DNA from: Piromyces finnis finn | Lineage: Eukaryota > Fungi > Neocallimastigomycota | Length of the DNA: 64,000 nt | Direction of reading: 5' to 3' | Assembly: GCA_002104945.1 (NCBI GenBank) | Contig: MCFH01000031.1 | Span: 124,001-188,000, forward strand | Part shown: piece by piece, positions 1 through 16,822 of the stretch | How positions within the stretch are numbered: the stretch's first letter is position 1 | How the letters are laid out: every line of letters starts with the position of its first letter | Made by a program: the position numbers and the translations under genes | The notes under the pieces: generated by a model | Seen by the model: the letters and a program-made list of their open reading frames with translations, nothing else | What the model was told of the DNA's origin: nothing | The model's database searches: none

Positions 1-1725
1 TTCATCAATATATATGATTATGATGGTGTGTTTAAAACTTATATAAAGATATTTTCCTTTTTTTATTAATATATTTTTTTTTCTTTTTTCTTTTTTTTTT
101 TTTTAATTTGTAATTTGTTATAATTCTTATAATAAACGTTTTAAAATATTAGCAATTAAAAATAAATTTGAGTTAAAAAATAAACTACAAATATTAAGAA
201 AATAATTACAAAGCATTAAAAGTAGTTTAAGTTGTACATTTTCATTCATTATTTTTTCTTTTCTTTCTTCTTTTTTCTCCTTAAATTCACCAAAGGCTTT
301 TTTAAATTGTTCATTTCTTTACATATTTATTATTTATAATGAATAAATAATTAAAGAATAGTATTATGAAATACATATTAAAAGAGCTACAGTAGAAGAA
401 GAGAAAAGAGGGAAAAAAACGAAAGGAAAAACACTGAACAATTATTGTTAATAATTTAAAATATTTAATTATAATATTTTAAAAATATAATTAATTTAAT
501 TATTCGTTAATTATAGTATTACAATAAATTTCAAACTTAAGAAATATTAATAATATATAGCATAACAAAAAAAAGGTTAACTTTAAAAAGAATTTACTTT
601 AATGAAGTATATAATAAAAAAAAAATAAATTAAAAAGTAATTAAAGTTATATACAAAAATTCTTTTAAAAAAAAAAGAATATTATATTTTTTTTTTAAAT
701 TACAAAGAAAAGAAATATAATAATTCTATATAAAGGAAAAAAATAGTAATATTAAATATTTATTTAAATAATAATAAGTCTCATAATAACTCTGCTACGA
801 ATATATATTATATATTTAAAAGAATACTTGAATATACATATATATATTATTTAATATATATAAAAGTAATAACAACAAAAGTGAGATAATTCAAAAAAAG
901 TAAAAATAATACTATTTTATTTCAAAATATTTTTATAAAATGTAACATATTAAAATATTAAATACAGCAATTATTTAAATTATTTAAAAAAAAAAAAGAG
1001 AGAAATTTCGTCTCTAAATTTTAATTAATAATTATTTCTTATTTAAAGACTAAATATTAATTCTTTATATGTATATATACTATATACTTTATAGCATTTA
1101 TGAAATACCATTTTGAAATATATGGTCAATTTTTTCTTAATATTAATATTCTCCATTTTTTAATGAATATATATTAATATTGATATTTTTTTTTTTTTTT
1201 TATTTATCTCGCTAATGAAGGTAATTTTATTAATGAATAAAATATAATTTTATATAGTTTTACATAATTATTAATCTTATTATTTTTTTTTTAATTATTT
1301 AAATTTTATATTAGATTTGTATATGAATTTTAATAAACCAATAACAATAATTTTTATCTTACAAATATAATTATTTATATTCAAAAACATATCAATCGTA
1401 CTATCAATGTATATAGTACTACAAATCTATTTTAATTATAATAAATCAGCAAAATTAATCAAGATTAATAATATTCATTGTATCAACAATTTCTTAAATA
1501 ATTTTTGAAGTTAATAAATAATTTTAGTAAGACATTTAGCTCAGAATAATAATCTTATTCTTTAACAATTTTTGATAACATTAAATTTATTGTAAATATT
1601 CCATGTAAATATTTAGTCAAAAATACAAAAAAGTAAAATAAAATAAAATTCTGTACGTATTCAATAATCATAAAAGTAATATTACAGAGAAAATATTAAC
1701 AATTTTGAAATAACAACAACAACAA

Positions 1726-1759
<34 letters not shown>

Positions 1760-1973
1760 ATCTAAAATATAATTTAATTTTATTAGATTATAATATTATT
1801 TTTACAAAAAATAAACGAAAATTCTATTTTTTAAAATAAAAAATTTTTAAAAGAAAGACCATATAAACATAACTATCAATAATTTATAAATTTTATAATA
1901 ATAATAATATAACGTAAATCACTAAATATATATTAATCATTAAATATTATTAAATAAAATAAAATAAAATAAA

Positions 1974-4790
1974 ATGTCTTCAATAGATGTTGAAAAAGTC
2001 AAATATGTTAATGGTACTTTCCAAATTGATGGAAAAATAATACCAAAGCAGAAATTTATAAAAGAAGTTGCTAAATATTTAAAAAGAACTAGTGAAGTTT
2101 ATGGAATTGCACAGGCTCAAACAGGCGTTGCTTGGTGTTATAAAAAAGGTATTTTTCATGTCATAAAAGATTATAAAGATGAGTTGCGTGAAAAAAGAAT
2201 AGGATATTCAAATTCCATTCGTTCAAATAATTCTTCTTCGTCATCTAATTCTATTACTACTATGACAGAAGATCATCATGACAATATATTAATTAATCAA
2301 CAACGCCGTAATAGTAGTCATTCCATCTCAGCACAATCTTCTAATTCTAATTCTACATCTTCTTCTACCAATACCATGACCAATCCTATTAATCTTAATA
2401 CTATTGAAGAAGACCAAAGCGAACCTTATATTATTGACCCAAATCAACATAATGACAATATAGAAGAAATAAGAAGACTATACAATTTATCATTATTAGT
2501 CGATGATGATTTAAGCAATAATAATAATATAAATAATACTAGATCAATATACGATTCAGATAATGTCATTCTTTCTCCTCCGATTGTTCCATCACATGGA
2601 AATATGGAAATAGATTATTCTATTATTTCAGAACATTCTAATGAAAGTTTAGATAATGAGGATATTAATTCATTAAATAATGATGATGAAAATAAATTTG
2701 CTATACCTACTCCAATTACACCAGAGTCTGTTTCACCATCTTCATCAAGTCCATCTTCACCAGTTACACCTCCTAGAACGATTTCATTAAATCCAGAAAC
2801 TGAAATGTTATCAGAAGCTACTTCTTCTAATCCTAATAATATACCAGTGTTACTTAGTTTACATTATACCCCACCTGATAATAATAATAATAATAATAAT
2901 AACAGTAATTTACGTATGTCTACTAATAACACAGAAGAAAGAGTTGATGAAAATAATAATGAGAATATAGAATCTATTATCAACAATATTAATCAGTCTA
3001 TTAATTCATTAAGTAACAATAGTATAATTCAAAGAGAAGTAACAGTAGATGAAAATCATAATACAATTATTACTCATTCTGCAGTTACCCCTCTTCTCAC
3101 AGAAATAACTACAAGTGAAAATTCTTCTGTAAGTGAATATCGTAGTCAAATTAGAAAGATCTTAGTTTATGCCTCAAAATTAAACATTCCTGATCATCCA
3201 ATACCTGGCTTTAAATCTATTTATTCACCTATTGCTGGTTTAAATGAAGAAGCTGCGTTTAGCTGGTACTTAAAAGCAGCTCATAATGGAAATGCCATTG
3301 CTCAATATAGAGTAGGTCTTTATTGTAGTAAAGGTATTAAGGTTGCAATTCCTTATGGTAATGATACCTTCCATATATTTAATCTTTTAATACCTAATGA
3401 ACAAGAAAGTGCTGTATGGTTCCAAAGATCGGCTTTACAAGGCTATTCTAAAGCACAGAATAGATACGGGGTTTGTTTAGAGGATGGTATTGGAGTTCCA
3501 ATCAATGAAAGAGAAGCTTTTCAATGGTATATGAAGGCCGGAAAACAAGGACACGGTAGTGCCATGAATCATTTAGGATGGTGTTATCAAAAAGGTATTG
3601 GTGTTGAAGCTGATCAAAAAGAAGCAGCTTTTTGGTACAGAAATTCAGCATATCATGGCTTTTCCAAAGGTCAGTATAATTTAGCTTGGTGCTATGAAAT
3701 GGGAAATGGTATACCAATGGATTACAAAATGGCTACTTTCTGGTATGAATGTGGTGCTGAAAGAGGTCATGCTGCTTCCCAATATAACGTTGGTTTTTCT
3801 TATGAAGAAGGTGGTATTTGGGGTGTTGAACGCGATGGTAAAAAGGCTGTTTATTGGTATAGATTGGCTGCAGAACAGGATGATTTAAATGCTCAAAATA
3901 GTTTAGGACGTTGTTATATGGATGGTACAGGTGTAGAAAAGGATTATAAAGAGGGACTAAAATGGTTTTTATCTGCTGCAGAACAAGGACATGCTAATGC
4001 TCAAAACAATTTGGGTTGGTGGATTCATAGCAAGTCACAATCGTTCTTATGGTTTTTGAGAGCAGCCCTTCAAGGTCTTTCCTGTGCCCAAAACAATTTA
4101 GCTTGGTGTTTCCAAGAAGGTTATGGCGTTGAACCTGATCAAAAACAAGCAATTAGCTGGTTCCAAAGTGCAGTTAATCAAAATAATTTATATTCCAAGA
4201 CTCATTTAGCTTGGTGTTATCAAAATGCTATTGGTGTACCACAGAATAATAAGCAAGCTTTAGAATGGTATCAAGATGCAAATGAACAGAATCATATTCC
4301 ATCTAGACGTATTTTAGGTTGGTGTTATTGGTATGGTGTCTGTGTTCCAAAAGCTGATCGTAAAAAGGCTCTTGAACTATTTGAAGGTTTAACAGATCCA
4401 GTATTAAATTTGACCGAAAAAGAAAAAGATCTTCTTATGTCTATGGATATCAGTTTTGAAGATGTTAGTAAGAAAAATAAGAAGAACGATGATGATAATG
4501 ATGAAAATTGGTGGTTTGGAAAAGAAGCTGAAGAACGTACTTTATCTTCAACGTTCTATACTCAAGGTTTATTCTTGAAGCATGGTATCAGATCTGAAAA
4601 GAATTTAGAACAAGCTTTTAGATACTTTATGGTTGCTGCTAAAAAGAATTATGAATTGGCACAATTTGAAGTTGGTATGTGTTACTATGATGGATATGGA
4701 GTTGAAGCAAATCCAGAGGAAGCTAAAAAATGGTTAAATTTAGCATCTAAAAACCGTTTAAAAGCCGCAACATCATTTATAAGAAAGTAA
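1974..4790 (+). CDS. Sel1-like repeat (SLR) protein, 938 aa, intronless; low-complexity Ser/Asn/Pro N-terminal half and ~12 SLRs in the C-terminal half
   Basis: Uninterrupted ORF with an aaaATG start. It has repeated SLR consensus units, e.g. AQNRYGVCLEDGIGVPINEREAFQWYMKAG and AQNSLGRCYMDGTGVEKDYKEGLKWFLSAAEQG. One degenerate unit lies near the N-terminus (AQTGVAWCYKKGI). Confidence 0.93.
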   Translation: MSSIDVEKVKYVNGTFQIDGKIIPKQKFIKEVAKYLKRTSEVYGIAQAQTGVAWCYKKGIFHVIKDYKDELREKRIGYSNSIRSNNSSSSSNSITTMTEDHHDNILINQQRRNSSHSISAQSSNSNSTSSSTNTMTNPINLNTIEEDQSEPYIIDPNQHNDNIEEIRRLYNLSLLVDDDLSNNNNINNTRSIYDSDNVILSPPIVPSHGNMEIDYSIISEHSNESLDNEDINSLNNDDENKFAIPTPITPESVSPSSSSPSSPVTPPRTISLNPETEMLSEATSSNPNNIPVLLSLHYTPPDNNNNNNNNSNLRMSTNNTEERVDENNNENIESIINNINQSINSLSNNSIIQREVTVDENHNTIITHSAVTPLLTEITTSENSSVSEYRSQIRKILVYASKLNIPDHPIPGFKSIYSPIAGLNEEAAFSWYLKAAHNGNAIAQYRVGLYCSKGIKVAIPYGNDTFHIFNLLIPNEQESAVWFQRSALQGYSKAQNRYGVCLEDGIGVPINEREAFQWYMKAGKQGHGSAMNHLGWCYQKGIGVEADQKEAAFWYRNSAYHGFSKGQYNLAWCYEMGNGIPMDYKMATFWYECGAERGHAASQYNVGFSYEEGGIWGVERDGKKAVYWYRLAAEQDDLNAQNSLGRCYMDGTGVEKDYKEGLKWFLSAAEQGHANAQNNLGWWIHSKSQSFLWFLRAALQGLSCAQNNLAWCFQEGYGVEPDQKQAISWFQSAVNQNNLYSKTHLAWCYQNAIGVPQNNKQALEWYQDANEQNHIPSRRILGWCYWYGVCVPKADRKKALELFEGLTDPVLNLTEKEKDLLMSMDISFEDVSKKNKKNDDDNDENWWFGKEAEERTLSSTFYTQGLFLKHGIRSEKNLEQAFRYFMVAAKKNYELAQFEVGMCYYDGYGVEANPEEAKKWLNLASKNRLKAATSFIRK

Positions 4791-5476
4791 ATGAAAACCA
4801 TTGGAAAAAAAAATAATAAATATTAGGATTTATATATTAAAAAAAGAAGAAGAAGAAGAAAAAAAAAGAAATATCTAAAAACTAATTTAAGAATTTAAAA
4901 GTATTGTTTTTCTAATAGCAACATTTTTGAACAGATATTTTCAAAATTTATTTAAAATCGAAATAATTGCCATGTTTTTATATTAATGCCATTTTGTTGA
5001 ATTCATTAATATTATATCTTTTATAATTTTATATAATATTAAAATTAAATTTTTTTTATCTTTAAATGAACAAAAAATATTAATTGAAAACATGATATAT
5101 CATGAGATTAAATTATTATTACTTAAATATTTTATGATCAATATATTAAAAAAGGAACAAGAATAAAAATATATACATATAAAAAAAGAAATATTTTTAT
5201 TTTAAAAAAGATTTAATATTGATCATTCATATATGTCAAAAAAATTTACATATAGTTTTTTTTATTAAAGGAAAAAAAATAAAATAAAAATAAAAGCTAT
5301 AAAAAACTAAAAAGTAATATGAAAATTAATATTTTAAAGTATTTCTTTTTTTCATTTATATAAAATTATAATTGATCCATTAATTAATTTAATTATATGC
5401 AATTCAATAATATTAATTAAAGTTTAAAATTTAATTTTAAATTTTTTTAATTAAAAAATCGTGTAAAGATAATTTT

Positions 5477-5512
<36 letters not shown>

Positions 5513-5596
5513 ATACACATAAAAGAAAAAAAGCAAGTTTAAAATATAGAAAAATATATTTGAATATTGATAGTTAATTATAATATATATAATAAG

Positions 5597-6329
5597 ATGT
5601 TAAAGCATCGTTCAATTACTATTGGAAGATTTAACGGGTTTCTTTCTGGAAGTTCTTTTAGTGGTTAATATAAATATAATTTAATAATATAAAATGATAT
5701 CTATAAAAAGTTAACATTATCCATTATATATACATTTATATTTTTTTCTCAAAAAACAGATGTAAATTTATATTCTGCATTATTTTCAAAAACGAATTCT
5801 TCTGCTGTTAAGTTAACAGCATATACTGTTCCAGATTGTAAAAGAATGTAACTATCTCTATAAATGAAAAATAATATAAATATTTTAATTTTTGAAACTT
5901 TGAAATTTATATTTTACCTATTAATAAAAGTACATTTCAAGAAGCTATATCAAAATTATCTGAATTCAAGCCAGTAAAAGTTGGTGATAATTTCGGGCCA
6001 TCTTGGGTTACTGTTTGGTTTAATGTAATTTAAATAATTATAATTTAATATCAAAGTTATTTTGATAAATGATAATGAATGAGCAATATATTTAATTTTT
6101 AATTTTAAAAGGTAAAAATTCAAATTCCTGATAATTGGAATGATGATGTAATATATTTTTTATGGAATTGTAATAACGAAGGTCTTATTTGGTCAGTTGA
6201 TGGGAGACCACTCCAAGGTTTAACAGGTGGTAGTGGTGATGATAGTAGACAAGAATATATTTTAACGAAAGAAGATATTAAAAATAAAGTATATACAAAT
6301 TTTTAGTATTTATAAAGCATTATATTTTC

Positions 6330-6368
<39 letters not shown>

Positions 6369-9300
6369 CTGTAATATATCATATTTATAATTTTAGAATG
6401 TTGAATTCTATATCGAAGGGGCTTGTAACGGAATGTTTGGTAATGGTGACAATGGTTTAATTAATCCCCCAAATCCAGATAGGTAAATTAAATTATTTAA
6501 TAATAGTTAATATATATATTTCATATATAAACTAACTATAATATTAATGAACTGATTAATTAATTGAAACAAAATAGACATTTTACCTTAAGTAAGGCTG
6601 AAATAGCTACTCCAAATAATGAAGTTTGGGATTTACTATATGATTTTCAAATTATTGCTAGTATGGCAAAAGTAATTACATATTTATAATAATAAATATG
6701 ATATAAAGTCGTGTTATTTTAATATAATATCTATTTAATTTAATAAATTTTCATTTAGAATTTACCTGAAAGCTCCGCTAGAGGATCACAAGGTTAACAC
6801 CTCCTTAATAATACATAAAAATATTTAAAAATATAATATTTGAATATATTTTATATCAAAAATTTACCATATATTTTATTAAATATTTAATTTAATATTA
6901 TAGCACTTTATACTGCTAATAAAATAATAAATATCTTTGATCCAAGGTGTAAAGAAAGCTGGATTAGAGCTAAAGAAATAGCTTCTGAATTCCTTAAAAA
7001 GAATGTTGGCGAAGCTGTTCATAATGTATATGCTATTGGAAATTGCCACATAGACACAGGTAAATATTAAATATTTCATATATAATGAAATGCAATATTA
7101 AATAATTAAAGAATAAAATAATTTTTATTATAAAAATAGCCTGGCTATGGCCATATGATGAAACTAAAAGAAAATGTGCTAGAAGCTGGGCTTCTCAAAT
7201 AAGGTTAAAATTAGTTTCTTAAGTATATATTTTAAAAAAAACAAATTAATAATAATAATATCTTTTTACATAAATTTTAAAATAGATTAATGGAAAAATA
7301 CCCTGATTATGTTTTTGTTGCCTCACAAGCTCAACAATTTGAATGGGTAAGAAAATTATATCCAACATTATTTACAGAAATTAAGGAAAAATTTGAAAAA
7401 AAGCAATTCTTTCCTATTGGTAACACATGGGTTGAAATGGATTGTAACAGTACGTTTAACTTTTTTATTTTTTAAATATTTTATTTTATAATAATCATTT
7501 TAGTAATAATAAAATTTAAAAAATAAATCTAGTTCCGTCTGGTGAATCATTTATGAGACAATTTTTATATGGGTTAATAAATAATTATGATTAATTATTG
7601 TTTAAATTTAATATATATATTATAATGACAATAATAATTAATCTTTTTTTAATTATTTAATTAAAAATAGATCTAAGTTCTTTAAGGAGCATTTTAATTT
7701 TTCATCTGATATTTTCTGGCTTCCTGACACTTTTGGTTATTCAGCTCAATTACCACAAATTATAAAAATTATGGAAATGAAATACTTTTTTACTCAGAAA
7801 TTAAGTTGGAATAATATAAATAAAGTAAATAAGTATCATTAAAAATTCATAACATAAGCATACATTATCATCCATATATTAAATTGTTTGTATTTTTTTT
7901 TAAATTCATAAAAATAAAATTAGTTTCCACACACTTCATTTTATTGGATTGGTCTTGATGGATCAAAAGTAATAATTATATCATTCTTAATAATCAAATA
8001 TTTTTAATTTAATATTTTTTTTAAATATTAATATAATTTATTAATAAAATAATAGGTACTAACACACTTTTCACCTGCAAATACTTACACAGCGTATGAT
8101 TATAAATTATATAATATTATATAAACTTTACTTATAATATTAATATATAATATTATAAATATTATAAATATAATTGATTTTTAGGAATGCTACGGTTAAT
8201 GATGTTATTACATGGTAAATTGATATTTTATCATGTCATGTTAATATTTATAATTAGATATATAAGTATTAAAAATGTGCATATATCTAATGTTAAAATA
8301 TTTAATTCTATATTATTTTAATAGTGAAAGAAATAATAAAGACACGGCATATTCAAATGACAGTCTATTAGTTTATGGTGTTGGTGATGGTGGCGGTGGT
8401 CCATTAATGAAGTAAAAATAATAATATTATTCTAAATAAAACACAAAAAATTGTTTTAATATTCGATATCTTTATATTAACAAAAATAATAAATGAATAA
8501 ATGAATATAATATAGGATGATTGAAAGACTTCAAAGAATGAATAATGTGGTAACATTGAAAATATTAACACATTTTTATATATTTAATATATTTTATGAT
8601 TCTACAAAATAATAATTAAGATTAAATTTTTATGAAATAATAATTTATTTTCTTATTTAAGGATGGACTTCCAAAAGTAATTTTAAGGTAATATAATCAA
8701 CTTATTAACTAATATAAATTTGTTTGGATTTATTTATTCACAAATGCATATCTTTAATTAATAGTGATCCAAGCGTTTTCTATAAGCATCTTGAAGAAAA
8801 TTCAAATGATTTACCAAAATGGAATGGTGAATTGGTAATCTTTTAAATATTTAATAATTATTATAATAAATATCTTCAATAATAAAATATTCATATATCT
8901 TTTCTTATTATTATCGTAGTATTTTGAGCTTCATAGAGGAACATATACATCTCAAGCTAAAAATAAAATGTATAATCGTTTAACAGAATATTTATTGCAT
9001 GATGTTGAATTCTTTAATAGTTTATCACTTCTTCTTAAAAATACCGAGTAAAAATTTAATATAATTTATTGATTATATAATTATAAATAAATAATAAATT
9101 TCATTATGAAATCTATTTATTCAAATATTTAATATTAGTTACCCAAAAGATGAAATTGAGGAATTGTGGAAAGACGTGTTATTGTATGTATATATGTATT
9201 CTTTTAATGGATATTTATAATCATAATTCATTACTATTAGTACAATGAATAAAATTCATATTAATGATATTAATGATGTAAAAATAATCAATAAATAGAA

Positions 9301-11886
9301 ATCAATTTCACGATGTTCTTCCAGGTTCTTCAATTGGAATGGTTTATGAGGATTCAATAAATATATATAAAAATGTAGTTGAAAAAGGTACACAAGAATT
9401 TTTATTGCCATTAAATATATTGATTATACATAATTTACGTTATTTTTATTTATCAAATAAGGAAATAAGTTAAGGGATAATGCTTTGAATTCAATATTAT
9501 CTAATTCAAGCTCAGCAAGTGGAAAGAAGGGATACATAATATTTAATTCCACTCAATGGACAAGATCTGAAATTATAGAAGTTCCATTAAATAAAAATAA
9601 ATCTGATATACAACAATTATCTCATGATGGTGATAAAGCCTTACTATATGGTAATGTGTAGTTGATGAAAAACTAATTAAATAGATATTTTATTAACTTA
9701 ATATAATATTTCTTAGTTGAGGACATTCCAGGATATGGTTTCAAAACTATTACTGAAAATAAGCTTATAAATAAAGAATTAAGTATTGAATACCAAGAAG
9801 AATCACAAGTATATGTAATGAAAAACAGTTATATTACTGTTATATTTGATAATACTGGTAGAATTACTCGTCTTATAGATAATGAAATAAAGTAAATATA
9901 ATCATAGAATTTCCTATGAAAAACATAAATAAATGTATATTCATTTTGTTAATATTACTAAAACTATTATGATAATTATGATATTATATATTAGTCGCGA
10001 GTTAATATGCAAAAATACTAAAGGCAATCAATTCAAAATTTATGATGATGTTGTATGTATTTTAATATATATATATATATATATATATGGAATATAATTA
10101 TAATTATATTAATTTTCTTTTTAATATAATAGCCACTTTATTGGGATGCATGGTATTTATTTATTTATTTTAATACTATTAAATAAATAATTAAACCTTT
10201 AATTTTAAAATATTATTTAATTATTTAATAAAATGCATAAAATTGATAACCTTATTCTTAAGGGATGTTGGTAAATAGTATTTTAATATTAATTATATAT
10301 TTAATGTATTATTAAATATATAAAGTTATAATTATAATTCATATTATTAATTTTTATAAATATAAAACATAAAATAGAAATTTATCATTTAGAAAAAGGA
10401 TATGATATTAATAATGGAGATGTTAAGGTATAATAATTTATTTTTATTTATTATAATTGTAATGCCTTAAAATACATTTATTAATATAATATAATATTCA
10501 ATCGCAAAATATAAAAAGATAATTGAAAATGGGCCATTAAGAGTAGCTTTAGAAATAAAAATAAAAATATCTGAAAATAGTAATATAAAACAAATTGTTT
10601 ATTTAACACCATTAAGCAAAAGAATTGATTTTGAAACCGAAGTTGAATGGCATGAAAATCATAAATTCTTGGTAATAACAAAAAACACATTCTTTTTCTT
10701 TATATACTATTAATATATTTTTAATTATTGATGATTTGTTATTTCATTGATAAATTACAGAAAGTAGAATTCTCTGTAGATATACTTAGTGATACGGCAA
10801 CTTACGAAACAGCATTTGGAATTGTTAAAAGGCCTACTCATTATAATACATCATGGGATATGGGTATGTATAATTAATTTATAATATTAAAATTAAAGAA
10901 ACAAAAAATTTATTGATCCTTTATAAAAAAAACTATAAATCTTAATATAAATTTTTAGCTAAATTTGAAGTTTGTGGACATAAGTTTGCAGATCTATCTG
11001 AATATGGCTATGGCGTTAGTTTATTAAATGATTCTAAATATGGTTATGCTATTCATGAAAAAACTATGAGATTATCACTTCTTAGAAGCCCTAAGGCTCC
11101 AGATGATAACTGTGATATGGGTACAATAAATTGATATTATTTTATCATTCATTAATCATTATAATTAATATTTAATTTATTCTTTTTCATGATCATAAAT
11201 AATAGGAATCCATAAATTTAAATATTCTTTATTACCACATATTGGTGATTTCAATGAAGCAGCAGTTGTTGAAGAAGGATACAAATTTAATGTTCCATTA
11301 ATTTCAAAGTTAATATTTTTTAATATTTTAATTAATTATAAGAAATAATATTATTATAACATTAATTTAACTTTATTAATTATTAATAAAGATATATTGA
11401 AAGCGAAGAAGCTGAAAATTTAACATTCCAGTTATTCAAGATTGAAAAAGAAAAAAATATTATTATTGATACAATCAAATATGCTGAAAATGAAAGTGTA
11501 GCTAATAAGGTTATTGTTCTCCGCTTATATGAAACATATGGAGGAACTACTCAATTTAAATTATATTGGTAAATCTTGAATAACAATAAAAAAAATATTA
11601 AATCATTAGTACTAAATGTTAAAAATACATATTTATATATATTAAATAATAATAGTCCACTTCCTGTTAAGAAATGCTATTTATGTAATGGTTTGGAAGA
11701 TACATTATACGAGGTAGAGTGGAGAAATAATTATTGTAATCTAACTATTAAGCCATTCAAGGTAAGATTAAATATAATTAAAATTATATTTATTGTTTAT
11801 AAGTATTACATTACTAAGATATTTTTTCTATACATTTTATTTTAACATATACTACTAAGATTATGACTTTGAAATTTTTCTTCTGA
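5597..11886 (+). CDS. AMS1: Glycoside hydrolase family 38 alpha-mannosidase (cytosolic/vacuolar Ams1/MAN2C1 type), ~35 exons
   Basis: Manual GT-AG splicing gives a phase-consistent chain from MLKHRSIT to IMTLKFFF*. It carries family motifs [139 protein letters not shown] and [11 protein letters not shown]. Confidence 0.95.
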
Positions 11887-12187
11887 ATATAATATACTTT
11901 ATAAATAAAAAAATATTATTGAATTTTATATAAAATAACAACAGTAAATGTATTTATTAAAAAATCTCTTATATAAGCTTTTATAAACTTCGATAAATAA
12001 AACTTAAAAACCTACTTTAAATTAAATTTATTAATAAAATTTTAATAAAAAAAATTTAATTTTTAGTACTTTCTATTTATGGAATATTATACTATACATT
12101 ACACATAATTTTTTAATTTTCTTTTTTTTTTCTTCTTTTTTTAATATTTTATTTTAATTACCGCATATTAAAAATTTTTAATAAAAA

Positions 12188-13299
12188 ATGAAGATGATAC
12201 AGAAAAATAGAATAAAAAAAATTAAAAGTAAATGGTCTTTGACATCAAGATTTTTATATCTTGTATATAGTGTTATTTTAATCAATGTACTTTTATATAT
12301 TTTGACAGATCTTTCAATAAAAATTTATTATAATCGAGAGTTTTCAAATATGTTTAGTATTGGAGTTAGTGCAGTATTGTTGGTAATAAAAACAACTATT
12401 AACAAAATCACTTAATTATTCAAAAAAATTTGTATTAATAATAAAACTTTATTATAATTAAAGTGTATGATATATTTTACAACTGTAGGTTTAAGAAATC
12501 TTGCAGTAACAGCAAATATTTCAACTATACCAACAAGTTTTTTACCAATTGAACCTATAGATATTCCCAATGTATCTATTTTTTATAATTTTTTTATTTA
12601 TTGGTTTTAATGATAGTTATAAAAATAATAGCAATAACAACCTATAAATTAATATTAAATAAATTTTATGAATTTGAAATAATCATACAATAGAAAGCAT
12701 TTGAAATGATTAATTGTGAAATAAATAAAGCACTTGAAATATCGTCAGCTGCGGTTCCACTACCCGAGGATATTCCTCCAAGAGGTTGGGGTAGAAAAGG
12801 TAATACTAACATATATATGAAACATAAATAATTGTATTACACCTTAATTAATATTAATATATATAATTGAAAAATAGGTACTATGTATGAAAATGTACAT
12901 TTTCAAACTGCAATTATACAGTCAGCTTCATTATTAGGTAAAGTGATTAAGATTTCTTTAATATAAAAATAAATAAAAATATAAAATATAAAAATAACAA
13001 AAATATATATTTTTAATCTTTAATATATAACAATAATAGAATCAACTGTATTAAAATTTAATAGTCAATTGGTTAGAGAACCCTATATGACTATTAGACA
13101 ATATATAAATGTTTTAATTAACAATAAATTAATTAATAGAGATATTGGTATATGTTATGTAAATAATTATGAACGTGCATGCTACAGTTCAGATGAAATA
13201 AAAGAAGATGACTATGAGGAAACAATGAAACTTTTAGCCTTACTATTAAAGAAAATGCAAAGTAAAAAGGGTCATAAAAATACAAAAAGAAAGCAATAA
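12188..13299 (+). CDS. DLT1: Dlt1-like (defect at low temperature 1) membrane protein, 5 exons
   Basis: Exons at ~12188-12381, 12464-12571, ~12694-12799, ~12879-12938 and ~13040-13299 splice in phase. The product has two N-terminal hydrophobic segments, then ISTIPTSFLPIEPIDIP, PRGWG, and MTIRQYINVL...YVNNYERACYSSDEIKEDDYEETMKLLALLL. This matches my recollection of the Dlt1 family pattern; not database-checked. Confidence 0.62.
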
Positions 13300-13446
13300 A
13301 TTATTTAAACTGTTACTTAATATTATTCTAAATAGGCTTTGAAATAATACAAAATCATTATTTACTATCTTTATTTATTATAAATAAGTATCTCGAAATA
13401 TTAAAAAAAATTAAAAATAATAAATAAAAATTTACCTTTATTAAAA

Positions 13447-13447
13447 T

Positions 13448-13534
<87 letters not shown>
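13447..13534. repeat. (TTTA)n microsatellite between the convergent DLT1-like and MFI-like genes
   Basis: Directly visible perfect tetranucleotide run. Confidence 0.95.
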
Positions 13535-13701
13535 TGTATATTATAATTTTTATATAATAATTTAAACTAAAAAAAAAAGATCAATACTTATATTTTTTAG
13601 AATTTAATAATTATAAACAAACTAATGAGTTTTAATATTCATTTTGTTTATTACATTATTTTTTCAATATAAAAATAAAAATTACATTATTGTTTATTTT
13701 A

Positions 13702-16424
<2,723 letters not shown>

Positions 16425-16822
16425 TCTCTATGTTATAAAATATTAATTATATATATAGCATTATATAACTTTATTGAAATTTAAAATAAAAAATAAGTAA
16501 ATAATTAATAAACTATAATTAAATTATTTAAATTAAAATTTTTAGGTATATAAAATATAAAATTTTTTACCATCAATTTGAATTAAAATGTGTTTTAATT
16601 AAATATTTATATAAACAAAACAAATCATATTTTGGTTACTTAATAATAACCAGTATTTTTTATATAAAATTAAGTTGGAATATTATTATAAATTTTTATA
16701 TAAAAGATATTTCTATTTTATTCATAATTTTAAAATATTTTTTTCCAAAATATTATATTCTAATACCTAACTCAAGATAAATAAAATTAGCAGTAAAATA
16801 ATTATAATATAAATTACTAAAT

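Noticed and set aside
1-450. Possible terminal exons of a neighbouring gene (plus: AIKNKFELKNKLQILRK* or YYEIHIKRATVEEEKRGKK..*; minus: NEQFKKAFGEFKEKKRRKK..*)
   Set aside because: Several mutually incompatible short frames with no recognisable motif; they cannot be resolved without upstream sequence.
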